A stretch of DNA of 64,000 nucleotides from a virus (taxonomy: Duplodnaviria > Caudoviricetes). Below, piece by piece: positions 46,519 through 56,511 of this stretch. Under the pieces are notes generated by a model. The model was not told the origin of the DNA. It did not search any database and was given only the letters and a program-made list of their open reading frames with translations. Within the stretch, counting starts at the first letter, position 1. Each line of letters starts with the position of its first letter. The translations under genes were made by a program, and so were the position numbers. The DNA lies in the IMG/VR virus record IMGVR_UViG_3300014204_000127, positions 1-64,000 of that record; one strand, given 5' to 3'.

Positions 46519-46560
46519 AAATTCTGTAAAAATTCTATAAAAATTCTATAAAAATTATGG
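46519..46560. repeat. 11-bp tandem repeat AAATTCTRTAA x3+ upstream of terL
   Basis: Directly visible. Confidence 0.8.
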
Positions 46561-46579
46561 AATAATTAAAAAATATTAA

Positions 46580-46972
46580 CTATTCCACAAACACCTTTTT
46601 ACCAGAATAATCATAGACAAATAGACACTTCTTAGACACTTTTGCTATGTCTATTGTATGTCTAGTTCCTTTAGATATTCCATTCCAAAATGCTATAATT
46701 ATATCACTGTTTTCAACAATAGCCACATTTCTTCTATATCCTGCTGACTTACCATATTTATCCCAATTGGCTTTAAAAATAAGTGTTTTGGTTCCAATAT
46801 CATTTGCCAACTGTTCTGCAAGGCTATCAGCACCCTTTGCACCCCCTGAGACAATAGTAAGACCTTTACAGTCCCACTTATTTTCTTCCACAAGATTGGC
46901 AAAAGTTGATACAAGAATGTCATAATTATTGAAATCCCTGCCACCTACTATGCCTATATTCATTTTACCCAC
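46580..46972 (-). CDS. SLOG / YspA-like (DUF2493) protein
   Basis: VGGRDF, VSGGAKGAD, AGYRRN, SKGTRHTI. Confidence 0.88.
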   Translation of the reverse strand: MGKMNIGIVGGRDFNNYDILVSTFANLVEENKWDCKGLTIVSGGAKGADSLAEQLANDIGTKTLIFKANWDKYGKSAGYRRNVAIVENSDIIIAFWNGISKGTRHTIDIAKVSKKCLFVYDYSGKKVFVE

Positions 46973-47322
46973 TTCCTAATATATCCATAATCTGTTTCAT
47001 CCAGTCTAATAGTTAAGGCACGTCTAGATAATAGGTATATATCCTCTATAGTCCCTATTGTATTCCAATACCACATCATATTTATTCCCTCATATACTGC
47101 ACCGTTGTCTCTAATATCGGCAAGCATTTCATTGAGTGATTTATATGGAGTCTCAAAATAGAAGAAAGGAAATGTCTTTTTAAAACAAATCCAGTACCAT
47201 TTCCTTTTATTAAAATATTCCATTCTTTTGGCTTTTCTTTTGCGATACCAATATTTTAGAGCTTCAAAGGCAGCCTTCCTTACTACTTTACTGTCCATTG
47301 TTATTTTCATTTTATAATGCAC
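46960..47322 (-). CDS. hypothetical protein
   Basis: ORF track. Confidence 0.65.
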   Translation of the reverse strand: MHYKMKITMDSKVVRKAAFEALKYWYRKRKAKRMEYFNKRKWYWICFKKTFPFFYFETPYKSLNEMLADIRDNGAVYEGINMMWYWNTIGTIEDIYLLSRRALTIRLDETDYGYIRKWVK

Positions 47323-47488
47323 CTCTTTTCATAACTTTATATTCCTCAATATGTTACAACATAGCTTATTATAGATGCCGCAAACCAATAAACAGACCTT
47401 CGCCAATCAGTTGCAACATAAAATATACCACTGCATAGCATCAGTGCCATGATAATAGTTGGAAATAGTTTATTTAGTGGAATTAGCA

Positions 47489-47857
47489 TTATTTAACCAC
47501 TTTTGTGCCAAATGGGGTAACATAATCAGAAATTTTAATGGGCTCGGATTCTATTCTGTCAAACACCACATTTGCAGGAATATAGTAACTTGAATTAGTG
47601 TCAATTGTGTAAACAAGGCATTCTTTTCCCCTATAAAGGGATACGGTTTGCTTTGTACAAGATATGTTTGAAAGCAAATAAGAAGCTGTTTTATCTGAAT
47701 AAGACATTGTTATATCTTTTGTATTAAGGGCAACACCATATTTTCCATTTGGTTTGCTATCATCCGTTGGGAATAACCATATACAACATATCATTGCCAT
47801 TAGGCAAATAAGAATCGCCGTTTCTCTAACTGTAAACCCACTCTTCTTTTTAATCAT
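47489..47857 (-). CDS. membrane-anchored protein with pilin-like leader (SGFTVRE)
   Basis: GFT-x-x-E followed by hydrophobic stretch. Confidence 0.55.
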   Translation of the reverse strand: MIKKKSGFTVRETAILICLMAMICCIWLFPTDDSKPNGKYGVALNTKDITMSYSDKTASYLLSNISCTKQTVSLYRGKECLVYTIDTNSSYYIPANVVFDRIESEPIKISDYVTPFGTKVVK

Positions 47858-47884
47858 TTTTGTTTTCCTTTTTATATAATAAAC

Positions 47885-48094
47885 TCACAACCTAATTCCC
47901 TCCATACCACATGAGGGACAATAAACAAATGTATAGGTGTGTCCACCTATTTGTATATAACTTATGGACGGGAAAGATACCATTTCCTTGCCGCACCTGT
48001 CACACAGCACCAATGCACTTGTGGAGTTTGCTGGCAATGGGATGCTTTTTCTGTGAGGTAGAAATGTGCAATTATTTTCAGAAAGTTTTAACAC
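47885..48094 (-). CDS. Zn-ribbon protein
   Basis: CDRCG...CPSCG. Confidence 0.6.
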   Translation of the reverse strand: MLKLSENNCTFLPHRKSIPLPANSTSALVLCDRCGKEMVSFPSISYIQIGGHTYTFVYCPSCGMEGIRL

Positions 48095-48246
48095 TTATTC
48101 TATTTCCTTATTAGCATCATTTTTAAACCTTTTTCTACTCTTTTTAGCATCTTTTTTCCAAACTGGAACCACTCTGGTTTTTAAATCCAGTCTTTTTGTT
48201 TTAAGTCTATGCAGATTTTTAAGTGTTCTTGGCCTCATAATACATC

Positions 48247-48489
48247 CTACCAGTTAGCATCATCCTGCCATCCATTTGACAATTTCATTGCCACAATCCA
48301 TGTTATGCCTATCATTATTGCCAAAATAAACATGGGGAGTACCAAAAGAGAACTTAAAATTACCATAACCCTGTCCCCCGATGTCCATTGTTCTGACAAG
48401 CATTTAATCCAGTTTTTCATAAGTATATATGAAACTGGAAGCCAAATCAAGTAAATAATCAACCAAAATATAACAGGATTTTCTATCAT
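48247..48489 (-). CDS. small membrane protein
   Basis: Two TM segments. Confidence 0.65.
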   Translation of the reverse strand: MIENPVIFWLIIYLIWLPVSYILMKNWIKCLSEQWTSGDRVMVILSSLLVLPMFILAIMIGITWIVAMKLSNGWQDDANW

Positions 48490-48491
48490 TT

Positions 48492-48983
48492 TTAATCTCC
48501 TATTTTATAATAATTTTCTACTGCTTTATTTGCCACATATATTCTTTTTTGCCATTCTTTTTCGGATATTCCAACACCTTCGTGTCCATGATATCCGTCT
48601 CTATTGGCATCAAGACCATCCAATAGTCCATCAAGTACAGTATAGAGACTGTTGCATAGGGATTTCCAGTCAACATCCTGTCTGAGGACACCCTCTATGG
48701 TTTTCATGCTGCATCTCGCCCACCACCAAAGACTTTTAGAACTCCATTGTATGTCATCTTTATGTAATAAAAGGAATAATCCACGTTCTTTAGATATCTT
48801 TTTAACACGTCTAAACCCACTATATCTAAATCTCTCCCCATCATCGTCTAGCACAATGTGTCTATCATTTTCCATTCCCTCGTAGAATCCCACACACCAT
48901 TGGTCTTGAGGGTCGCCATCAGGGTATTTTGTTGCCAAAACATAATCACCTTTATTTAGTGTTTTATTCATATTATTCCTCAA
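48492..48983 (-). CDS. hypothetical phage protein (ATKYPDGDP family)
   Basis: Recurrent motif. Confidence 0.75.
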   Translation of the reverse strand: MRNNMNKTLNKGDYVLATKYPDGDPQDQWCVGFYEGMENDRHIVLDDDGERFRYSGFRRVKKISKERGLFLLLHKDDIQWSSKSLWWWARCSMKTIEGVLRQDVDWKSLCNSLYTVLDGLLDGLDANRDGYHGHEGVGISEKEWQKRIYVANKAVENYYKIGD

Positions 48984-49444
48984 ATCTCATCCAAATTAAT
49001 TCTATTAAGAATAATTTCTTTTATTTTATCAGGAGTACTTTCCTGTATAATATGAATAAACATCCTACTGTCCTTTATTTTTCTCTGATATTTAGGATGC
49101 AAATCATCATAACCCATTGTGGTAAAATCTTTTAGGTAGTCTAAATCAGTCAATTTTAGAGACTTGTCCACAATAAAATGCTTAATGGCGGGCAGAACGT
49201 GTGATGCATATACGCTAATGCATTCCCATTTATTGTCTTTTTCCATAAAATAAAGGGGCCTGTTGGGAATATCATGTACCATCATACGTTCTATTACACG
49301 AGATTCGACACCAGCAACCATTTCAGTATTTGCATACTCCTTGTCCTCAAATATAAACCTATTGGCATTCATTAGGGCGAGTATATTGTATACCGACATC
49401 TCTTCGATAAAAATTCCCAAATTTTCCAAGTTCTCTATATTCAT
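48980..49444 (-). CDS. hypothetical protein
   Basis: ORF after promoter. Confidence 0.7.
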   Translation of the reverse strand: MNIENLENLGIFIEEMSVYNILALMNANRFIFEDKEYANTEMVAGVESRVIERMMVHDIPNRPLYFMEKDNKWECISVYASHVLPAIKHFIVDKSLKLTDLDYLKDFTTMGYDDLHPKYQRKIKDSRMFIHIIQESTPDKIKEIILNRINLDEI

Positions 49445-49478
49445 AATACAAGCATATTACCACAAATAATTAGCAATG

Positions 49479-49592
49479 TCAAGATAAAAGTTGCCTAATT
49501 TTATTTAAAAGAACAGTATCCTCATTTTCTCGATATTCACACCTTATTACGTTAGATAGATTGCCATACTGCATTTCAAGGCATTCTATCAT
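49479..49592 (-). pseudogene. probable C-terminal remnant of nucleotidyltransferase (MIECLEMQYGNLSN...)
   Basis: Resembles recalled C-terminus of this phage NTase family; lies just beyond the endonuclease insertion. Confidence 0.4.
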
Positions 49593-49704
49593 AAGTCCCT
49601 ATATTATCATAAAATTTTAATAAGTCAAGATAAATACTTTAAAATAGAATAAAAAATTTATTATTTTTATATCTACTTAGTATATAATATATTAAGGAGA
49701 TGAT

Positions 49705-50904
49705 ATGCAAGATATGGACAATATAAATAAAAACGCGGACAAAAAATATACCCCCTACACCTATTTTATTGGGTGGTCTACGATGAATAAATGGTACTAT
49801 GGTGTTAGGTACTCTAAGAGAACTAAATGTATCTATTCATCTGGATGCCATCCTGATGATTTATGGGTAACTTATTTTACATCCTCCAAAGAGGTTAAAA
49901 ACTATATAAGGACATATGGGCACCCCGATATAATAAAAATAAGAAAAACATTCACTACCGCAAAAAAAGCCATGAAGTGGGAAAGAACTGTTCTTCATCG
50001 GATAGATGCCAAGAACAGAGAAGACTTTTTAAACAAATCCAATGGGGTTGTCACCTCCTATGATAAAGAACATTGGATAAAAAAAGCTAGAGATAATAGA
50101 AGAAAATGGGAAAACTTGTCAGAAGAAGAGAAAGAAAAGATAAGAAGAGAGCGTTCAGAAAGAACCATAAATGCATGGAAAAATATGAATCCTGAAAAAA
50201 GAATGCAGATTAAAAAGGAAATTGATGAAAAAAGAAAAAAACGGAGGGGGTTACTGACAGAAGAAGACCTTTTAAAAACAAAAAGAAAAAAACAAGAAGC
50301 ATGGGATAGGGATGGAAAAAGAGAGATACATTCTCTAAAGATGAAAGAAATAGGGAAGAAGTTGGAGGCCAAAAAAACAGAGAAGCAAAAGCAGGAATTT
50401 AAATTGATATGTAAAAAAGCATATGAAAACATAACAGATGAAAGAAAAAAAGAGATAAGTGAAAAAAGGAGCAAAACTTTAAAAGAATGGCATAAAAACA
50501 TGCCCGAAGAAAAGAAGAGAGAAAGAATAGAAAAAATGAAAAAATATAAAGCGGAACACCCCCGCAGAACCATGTACAAGGAAGAAAATAATAAAATAAT
50601 CATAAAAAGGGTATTAAAAGAACAAGTAGAAGAATATCTAAAAAATGGGTGGATTTTGGGAATAAAAAGACCCAACGCCAAACCGGTGAGTATGGAACAA
50701 CTAAGGAGTATGGGACTAAAAGGGGGAGGGGTGCAAAGGGATAAAGCAATAAAAAGACATGAGGAATACTTTGCAATTTTTATACAAAATGACAAGGACT
50801 TTAAAAAATTTAAAGATATTTCTGGATATAAGCAACCGTGGAACTATTTTAAGAACAATTTATTAAAATATAAAACATGTTCCGAGGAAGACTTACTATC
50901 ATAG
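49705..50904 (+). CDS. GIY-YIG homing endonuclease with basic helical C-terminal region
   Basis: YTYFIG...YYGVR...YFTSS...E...FLN; opposite strand to neighbours. Confidence 0.8.
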   Translation: MQDMDNINKNADKKYTPYTYFIGWSTMNKWYYGVRYSKRTKCIYSSGCHPDDLWVTYFTSSKEVKNYIRTYGHPDIIKIRKTFTTAKKAMKWERTVLHRIDAKNREDFLNKSNGVVTSYDKEHWIKKARDNRRKWENLSEEEKEKIRRERSERTINAWKNMNPEKRMQIKKEIDEKRKKRRGLLTEEDLLKTKRKKQEAWDRDGKREIHSLKMKEIGKKLEAKKTEKQKQEFKLICKKAYENITDERKKEISEKRSKTLKEWHKNMPEEKKRERIEKMKKYKAEHPRRTMYKEENNKIIIKRVLKEQVEEYLKNGWILGIKRPNAKPVSMEQLRSMGLKGGGVQRDKAIKRHEEYFAIFIQNDKDFKKFKDISGYKQPWNYFKNNLLKYKTCSEEDLLS

Positions 50905-51029
50905 TCTGATTCCTCTGTATTACAGCCATATGCCATACTGCCCATTATTGTGGCATAATGCACGTTATCCACAAGGAACTTTGGAGGATGTATCTTATTT
51001 TCATTTTGTAGATTTTTAAGTAGTTTCAT
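50898..51029 (-). pseudogene. N-terminal fragment of Pol-beta-superfamily nucleotidyltransferase
   Basis: PPKFL..NVHY..IMGSMAYG....SDYD, then sequence becomes antisense of the endonuclease. Confidence 0.75.
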
Positions 51030-51034
51030 GTAAT

Positions 51035-51529
51035 TTATTCCACTACTTTGACATTCTGTTTAATAAGTTTAACGGTATTTTCAAATGCTTTCATAAGCAA
51101 TTCGGGTTTGATTTCTAAAGGGTACACATTGCTAGCTCTTGCCATTCCAGCCATTACGCAATCCACAATAAGTTCAAGTACATCAACAAGATTTACATCA
51201 TCCCTAATACCGTCTTCTTGTAAAATGTGATGCCTATTGACTTTCCTGTGGTTGTCCCACCATCTAGTTTCTTTAAAGCCTGTTTGAAAATCCTTCAAGA
51301 ACCTGTCAATTTCTGAAAGTTTATCAAAATCATGCGATTGTCCGGCATCATGCAGCATCTTTTTAAAGAATTCCATACCCTTTTGAACATCTTTGATATG
51401 GGATATAGAACTGTTTTCAAGTGTCTCTTTCTCCACTTTATTCCAATCACATGTTCTTGTATCCGCTGTAGGTGACTTTTTAATCTCAATCATAATTTTT
51501 TCCTCAATAATTGTTAAACCAATTGCCAA
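51035..51529 (-). CDS. HD-related hypothetical protein (DUF5662-like)
   Basis: HDFDKL, HRKVNRHH, DVLELIVD. Confidence 0.65.
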   Translation of the reverse strand: MAIGLTIIEEKIMIEIKKSPTADTRTCDWNKVEKETLENSSISHIKDVQKGMEFFKKMLHDAGQSHDFDKLSEIDRFLKDFQTGFKETRWWDNHRKVNRHHILQEDGIRDDVNLVDVLELIVDCVMAGMARASNVYPLEIKPELLMKAFENTVKLIKQNVKVVE

Positions 51530-52145
51530 TTCTTTTCATTATTGGCAACAATTGTCCAGTTTCTATATCCACATTCTTATTATTCAGCATGTGCTGCTTA
51601 ATCTCATCATAGGAAAAAGGTTCCATATTTTTATGACAATCTATGCCAACTTCCATAGATAGTCTGTTTTTTGGTGTAATATGCTTGCCGTGCGAGTGCC
51701 CAAACACATGCCATGTACCATAATGCATCTTATTCCAGGTATCAAGACAATAATGGCAACATTCTATACTTTTCCATCCACTTTTAAAACTTTCGTCCTT
51801 TATTTTGAAAGTTCGTATCTGAGAATAGCTTATAAATTCATTTCTAAGACTATACATAATATCATCATGGTTGCCCTCAATAAAATGAATTCTGCCATTA
51901 AGGGAATGAATTAGTTCTCTAGCCATTTCCTTTTTGTTATCATTAAGCCAACAAAAATCACCCAAAAAGACTACAAGAGCATTTTCAGGAACTTTGGCAT
52001 TCCATATGTCAACAAGTTCGGTATTCATTTCATACTCATCTTCAAACACCCTATTAGGACAGAAATCAAGTATCCTTCTGTGATAAAAGTGTGTATCAGA
52101 AGTAAAATATATAGGTTCGTCAACTTTTGTAAGGTTTCTGCTCAT
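51504..52145 (-). CDS. calcineurin-like metallophosphoesterase (paralog of 34826)
   Basis: SDTHFYH, LGDF, GNHD, GHSHG, EVGID. Confidence 0.9.
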   Translation of the reverse strand: MSRNLTKVDEPIYFTSDTHFYHRRILDFCPNRVFEDEYEMNTELVDIWNAKVPENALVVFLGDFCWLNDNKKEMARELIHSLNGRIHFIEGNHDDIMYSLRNEFISYSQIRTFKIKDESFKSGWKSIECCHYCLDTWNKMHYGTWHVFGHSHGKHITPKNRLSMEVGIDCHKNMEPFSYDEIKQHMLNNKNVDIETGQLLPIMKRIGNWFNNY

Positions 52146-52336
52146 TTTTTACCAGTCTTAAATGTTTCGCAAAGGTTTATAAGTACCTCTGCTTCATATA
52201 TACTATCTACCATAACTTCAATAAAACAATTTCCATATCTTAGAGCATGGGAAACAAAAGTAATTTCCCTACTGGTGGGTTCTCTACCTAGAAAGAATTC
52301 AAGTTCTGTTTTAATTTTATCGTCATCTACTATCAT
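52142..52336 (-). CDS. hypothetical protein
   Basis: Coupled ORF. Confidence 0.55.
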   Translation of the reverse strand: MIVDDDKIKTELEFFLGREPTSREITFVSHALRYGNCFIEVMVDSIYEAEVLINLCETFKTGKK

Positions 52337-52361
52337 AATAAATAAGTATACTCCTCTTTCA

Positions 52362-53792
52362 TTAGAAAGTCAAGTATTTTTCAGCATATCTTTTATCATG
52401 TTTTTCTATTTCCCTTATGCCTGATGATGATATATGTTCATATTCTGGCTTTGAAAAATAATAGGCAAATTTGATATTTGGAAGGATATCTTTGCAATAC
52501 TTGGCAAAATCCTTTTCATATTCATAATCTTTAACATTTCTTATGCCTCGTATAATAGTAACATCATAGGGCAAAGTAGCAAGATAATCAACCAACATAC
52601 CACTATATGTTGTATACTCATAACTATTTATAACAATATCTGGTATAGGATATGATGGTGTTTGTTTTGCATCATTACACCCCCTGCTTACTATTACTTT
52701 ATCAAAATCCTGCTCTGCCTGTGTCAAAATATCATAATGCCCTATATGAAATGGATTAAAACTTCCTACAAACATACCAATTTTGTATCGTCTGTTGTTA
52801 ATATAAGCAACCAACTTTTGCACATTTTCACAAATAATTGGCCTATTTTCAGCAGCCTTCAAAACCGATTCTAAAAATTTAATTCTTTCTTTTTTATAAA
52901 CATCCAAATGACATTTGGAAAATTCTGTAAATATGTTTCTCTCATATTTATACAGTTGTTCATCATTTTCCTCAAGAAACACATGCCAGTCAAGTGCCTG
53001 AATTTGGTTCATATTATTAAAATCAGGGATTCCCTTAGTGGACATAATTAAATTAACCATATCATCTACTTCTGGACACCCACCATACTTTGATTTAACA
53101 ACATTTGTCGCATAATCTTCATGGGAAGCCCCATACACTCGTTTGGCATAGCATATATCATGATAAATAATGGCATGTACCAATGCTATGTCCAATGATG
53201 ACATTTTTGACAACATTTTCATAGGGTGTATTATGTTGTGATAAGCATTATCAACCAGTGCTTTGTTTCTGGTATATTCTGCAAATAACAAGGGAAATGT
53301 GGCAAATGCCGTTTTGGTAGTCACCTGATTATAAACAGGGAAATCCTTCTGAAGTTCCAACATATTGGCTACAAAATTGTCAGAATGCTTGTAAGGTTTC
53401 TGTATCTCGCCAACTATCGTAAAAATATCAGTACAAAGATTTTGTAATCTGATATCCTGATGAATATTGGCACATTCTATTAGAATATAGTTGCGCTTGG
53501 TTTCGGTTACTAGAGTAAATATCTCGGAAAACATGGAGGTCTTTATTTTGCTAAGTACTTTATTAATAAGTTCTTGTGTTTCTATTGCAAGAGTTTCTTT
53601 AAATATATTAGGATATCTTTGCAGATACCCCTTTATTTCCCCAACTTCATGCATATCTTTTGTATACTTCTTGGCAATACTATCACAATCTATGTGCAGT
53701 ACAGAGTCAAATGCAGACAGTTTTTTGCACAAAGTGCTCTTTCCACTGCCCATTTTACCATTAATTCCAATAATTATTTTATCTTTAATCAT
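52362..53792 (-). CDS. dephospho-CoA kinase - HD domain - phosphopantetheine adenylyltransferase fusion
   Basis: IGINGKMGSGKST/IDCDSIA (CoaE-like); YHNIIH, YHDICY (HD); GSFNPFHIGH, IRGIRN, HISSS (CoaD-like). Confidence 0.78.
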   Translation of the reverse strand: MIKDKIIIGINGKMGSGKSTLCKKLSAFDSVLHIDCDSIAKKYTKDMHEVGEIKGYLQRYPNIFKETLAIETQELINKVLSKIKTSMFSEIFTLVTETKRNYILIECANIHQDIRLQNLCTDIFTIVGEIQKPYKHSDNFVANMLELQKDFPVYNQVTTKTAFATFPLLFAEYTRNKALVDNAYHNIIHPMKMLSKMSSLDIALVHAIIYHDICYAKRVYGASHEDYATNVVKSKYGGCPEVDDMVNLIMSTKGIPDFNNMNQIQALDWHVFLEENDEQLYKYERNIFTEFSKCHLDVYKKERIKFLESVLKAAENRPIICENVQKLVAYINNRRYKIGMFVGSFNPFHIGHYDILTQAEQDFDKVIVSRGCNDAKQTPSYPIPDIVINSYEYTTYSGMLVDYLATLPYDVTIIRGIRNVKDYEYEKDFAKYCKDILPNIKFAYYFSKPEYEHISSSGIREIEKHDKRYAEKYLTF

Positions 53793-54166
53793 TCCAAAAT
53801 ACCTCTTTTATGTTCGATTATCTGCATTTTGCCCCCAAATCCATTTTTAATAGCCGGAATAACATCATATGGGTTCTTTGTTCCACACAAAAATACATCC
53901 AATGCCGCATAATTTATTTCAGGCCACGTATGTATACTAATATGGGATTCGCTTAGTATACCTACACTGGTTAGTCCGGAATCTTCTCCAAAATGATGTG
54001 TATGAATGTGTAGCAATGTTGCATCAGCATCTTTAATTGCCTGTTTTAATACCAATTCCACATGTTCAACATTATTAAGATTCTTTGCATCCCATAGTTC
54101 TATAATAAGGTGTCTGCCTGCAAAATAATGATGTGCATCCTTGCCTATGTATTTTTTGTCTTTCAT
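53789..54166 (-). CDS. speD: S-adenosylmethionine decarboxylase proenzyme
   Basis: GRHLI, LSESHISIHTWPE, ALDVFLCG. Confidence 0.93.
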   Translation of the reverse strand: MKDKKYIGKDAHHYFAGRHLIIELWDAKNLNNVEHVELVLKQAIKDADATLLHIHTHHFGEDSGLTSVGILSESHISIHTWPEINYAALDVFLCGTKNPYDVIPAIKNGFGGKMQIIEHKRGILE

Positions 54167-54169
54167 TTT

Positions 54170-55408
54170 TTATCCTTTTAAAAATTCTATTATATCACAA
54201 AGTTTTTTATTTTCAAGCACCATATTCTGCAATTCTGCTACAGTTGTTTGTTTTTTTATCTCAAACTTACCATATTTTTCATTTGTAAAGAAGGATTTGG
54301 CAAACTGTTTAAAAATTTCAAAAGTTACATATGAAACATGCACCTTTAAGTCTATTCTGCCTGGCCTGAGCAAAGCAGGGTCAAGTTTATCTATATGATT
54401 TGTGGTAGCAATTAGTATCCTGCCATGTGATGAAAACAACCCATCAAGGGAGTTCAATATACTAGATATATTTAAAAGGCTATCCACAAATCCAGTCCTA
54501 TCCTCTTGTTCGGTATTATAAACCTCTTTGACTATATGTGGGTTTTCTGGTGTTGTTAATCGTTTTTCTTTTCTTTTATGAGTTATTTTATTACCATCTA
54601 TATCTTCTATGACCAGTATAGACTTGTCTGGCAATCTGGACACTAATCCTCCTATTTTATAAAGACTGTCACAATCAAGATAGTATATGGCATAGTCAAG
54701 ATAAGATGCAATTGCTTTTATAAGGCTTGTCTTTCCTGTTCCGGGTTCCCCATACAATAGTATACCAAGTTGATAGGGGATGCCCTTATCGGTATACCAT
54801 TTCTCATTTTTTACAAAAGAATCTATTCTGCTTACAATACTGTTCCTTTTTTCTTTTTCCAGAAAAATGGTATTAAAATCCCTTTTATTGATGTCTCTAA
54901 CGTAGTACCAATCCCCACTGTTTCCCTTATTTATCTGAAGAATCTTACTGTTTTTCTTTTCAGATACAATAAATTCCTTCATAAGATTATCAAATATTTT
55001 ATGGCTTCTACCTAGTTTCTTTATTGCCAGAGTTTCTTTATCATATTCCGCTATACTCTGTGCATCTTTTGACAATGCTACTAATAATATTGTTCTATGA
55101 TATACAATAAAATGTACACCGTATCCGAAAGATTTAGTTGTTTTGCTATCCCTGCCCCAACGTCCATTAGTTAGTTTTATGGTTCTGTAATTTTTGTTTC
55201 TAAACTCATTTTCAAACCACTTTAATGCCAGATGGTATATATCATTCTGGCTGGTCAATGTAAGAGTTGTGGTAAAATAACGAAGAAATAGATTATATAT
55301 CTTGGTGGGCACATTTCTTAATAGGAATGTCAAAACACCTGCACCATATAGGCTTATCAATGACAAAGCTATTGGATTGCTTTTAAATGCTTCTACTATT
55401 TCGTGCAT
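54170..55408 (-). CDS. BCS1-like AAA ATPase
   Basis: N-terminal TM, GEPGTGKT, IEDID, LNSLDG, DPALLRPGRID. Confidence 0.88.
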   Translation of the reverse strand: MHEIVEAFKSNPIALSLISLYGAGVLTFLLRNVPTKIYNLFLRYFTTTLTLTSQNDIYHLALKWFENEFRNKNYRTIKLTNGRWGRDSKTTKSFGYGVHFIVYHRTILLVALSKDAQSIAEYDKETLAIKKLGRSHKIFDNLMKEFIVSEKKNSKILQINKGNSGDWYYVRDINKRDFNTIFLEKEKRNSIVSRIDSFVKNEKWYTDKGIPYQLGILLYGEPGTGKTSLIKAIASYLDYAIYYLDCDSLYKIGGLVSRLPDKSILVIEDIDGNKITHKRKEKRLTTPENPHIVKEVYNTEQEDRTGFVDSLLNISSILNSLDGLFSSHGRILIATTNHIDKLDPALLRPGRIDLKVHVSYVTFEIFKQFAKSFFTNEKYGKFEIKKQTTVAELQNMVLENKKLCDIIEFLKG

Positions 55409-56082
55409 TATTTCAGCCTTTCTGTACCATATTCAGTAGTATGTTCCAATTCTTTTTTTAATGTGCCCATAATGGTCTTTTTCATGTTCTCAAAAAAAGT
55501 GCGAAGTTCTCCTAATGATGTTGTATAATTTCTAATTGTTTCTTTTACTTCAATATTATATCCATTGCCAATCCATTTATACTCTGATGCAGTTTCTTTT
55601 GTAACAAAGGTATCCAGCGACAGTCTGGAGCAGCATGTCAAAACCCCTTTTTGGGGATCTTCTACATTTGATTTGGCAAAAAGACTCACAGAAGGTGTAT
55701 TGGTATCCTCTTTGCCCCAATATTCATCCTCTTTACACAAAAGCCTTTCTATATTTGTATCATTTCCAAAAAATGCCCCCATTGCATTTGAAAAGCAACT
55801 TTTAAACTCAGCACCACCATCATCATAACTTATACCTCCAACTCCTTTTGCATAGTGTTTTGGATTTTTATTTTTTAGTCCCCATTTTGCAAAACCAAAC
55901 ACGGAAAAACAATGTGGGTAAATATTTATCTTTGTACTGAGAACACCCTTTGGAATCAAGAAAGAATAAAATATTTTAGATATCTTTGCATCATTAATAT
56001 TCCAGATTTGTTTAGAATTCCTAAGTGTACCCCCCATTAGAAGTGTGGTGGTATTAGTAGAATCCTTTACATTATATCTCAT
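55408..56082 (-). CDS. hypothetical protein
   Basis: Coupled ORF. Confidence 0.7.
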   Translation of the reverse strand: MRYNVKDSTNTTTLLMGGTLRNSKQIWNINDAKISKIFYSFLIPKGVLSTKINIYPHCFSVFGFAKWGLKNKNPKHYAKGVGGISYDDGGAEFKSCFSNAMGAFFGNDTNIERLLCKEDEYWGKEDTNTPSVSLFAKSNVEDPQKGVLTCCSRLSLDTFVTKETASEYKWIGNGYNIEVKETIRNYTTSLGELRTFFENMKKTIMGTLKKELEHTTEYGTERLK

Positions 56083-56083
56083 T

Positions 56084-56461
56084 TTATTTCAGCCTTTCTA
56101 TACCATATTCGGTAGTATAATATACTGGAAAATCCCAATTTTTAAGCAATATCTGACATTTTATACAAGGTTTTGCTATCGCAATAGTCTTTGTTTCTTT
56201 CTTATAACGCAGTACAAACATATTAAGATTATTATACCTGCGGTTCAAGCACATTTTATATGCCTTTGATATAACCACTTCCTCGGCATGAATAGTAAAT
56301 TTACCTGAATTCGTGTTTCTATAAAACCTTGTATTACAAGCTGTTGCAAGAATTTCACCCCTGTCTGTATAAATAACAGCAGCAACCTTTCCCCGTCGTA
56401 CATTGGATGTTACTGCTGTTTCTATTGCCTTATTCACGATGTTTTTGTTTATCTTTATCAT
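56084..56461 (-). CDS. cytidine/deoxycytidylate deaminase-like protein
   Basis: HAEE and PCIKC zinc motifs. Confidence 0.82.
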   Translation of the reverse strand: MIKINKNIVNKAIETAVTSNVRRGKVAAVIYTDRGEILATACNTRFYRNTNSGKFTIHAEEVVISKAYKMCLNRRYNNLNMFVLRYKKETKTIAIAKPCIKCQILLKNWDFPVYYTTEYGIERLK

Positions 56462-56511
56462 AAGACAAACAAGTATATCATATTATTTTGGAAATGTCAA
56501 ATAAAATATTC

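Noticed and set aside
50058-50795. 245-aa Phe/Ser-rich ORF
   Set aside because: Antisense of the Lys/Glu-rich endonuclease region
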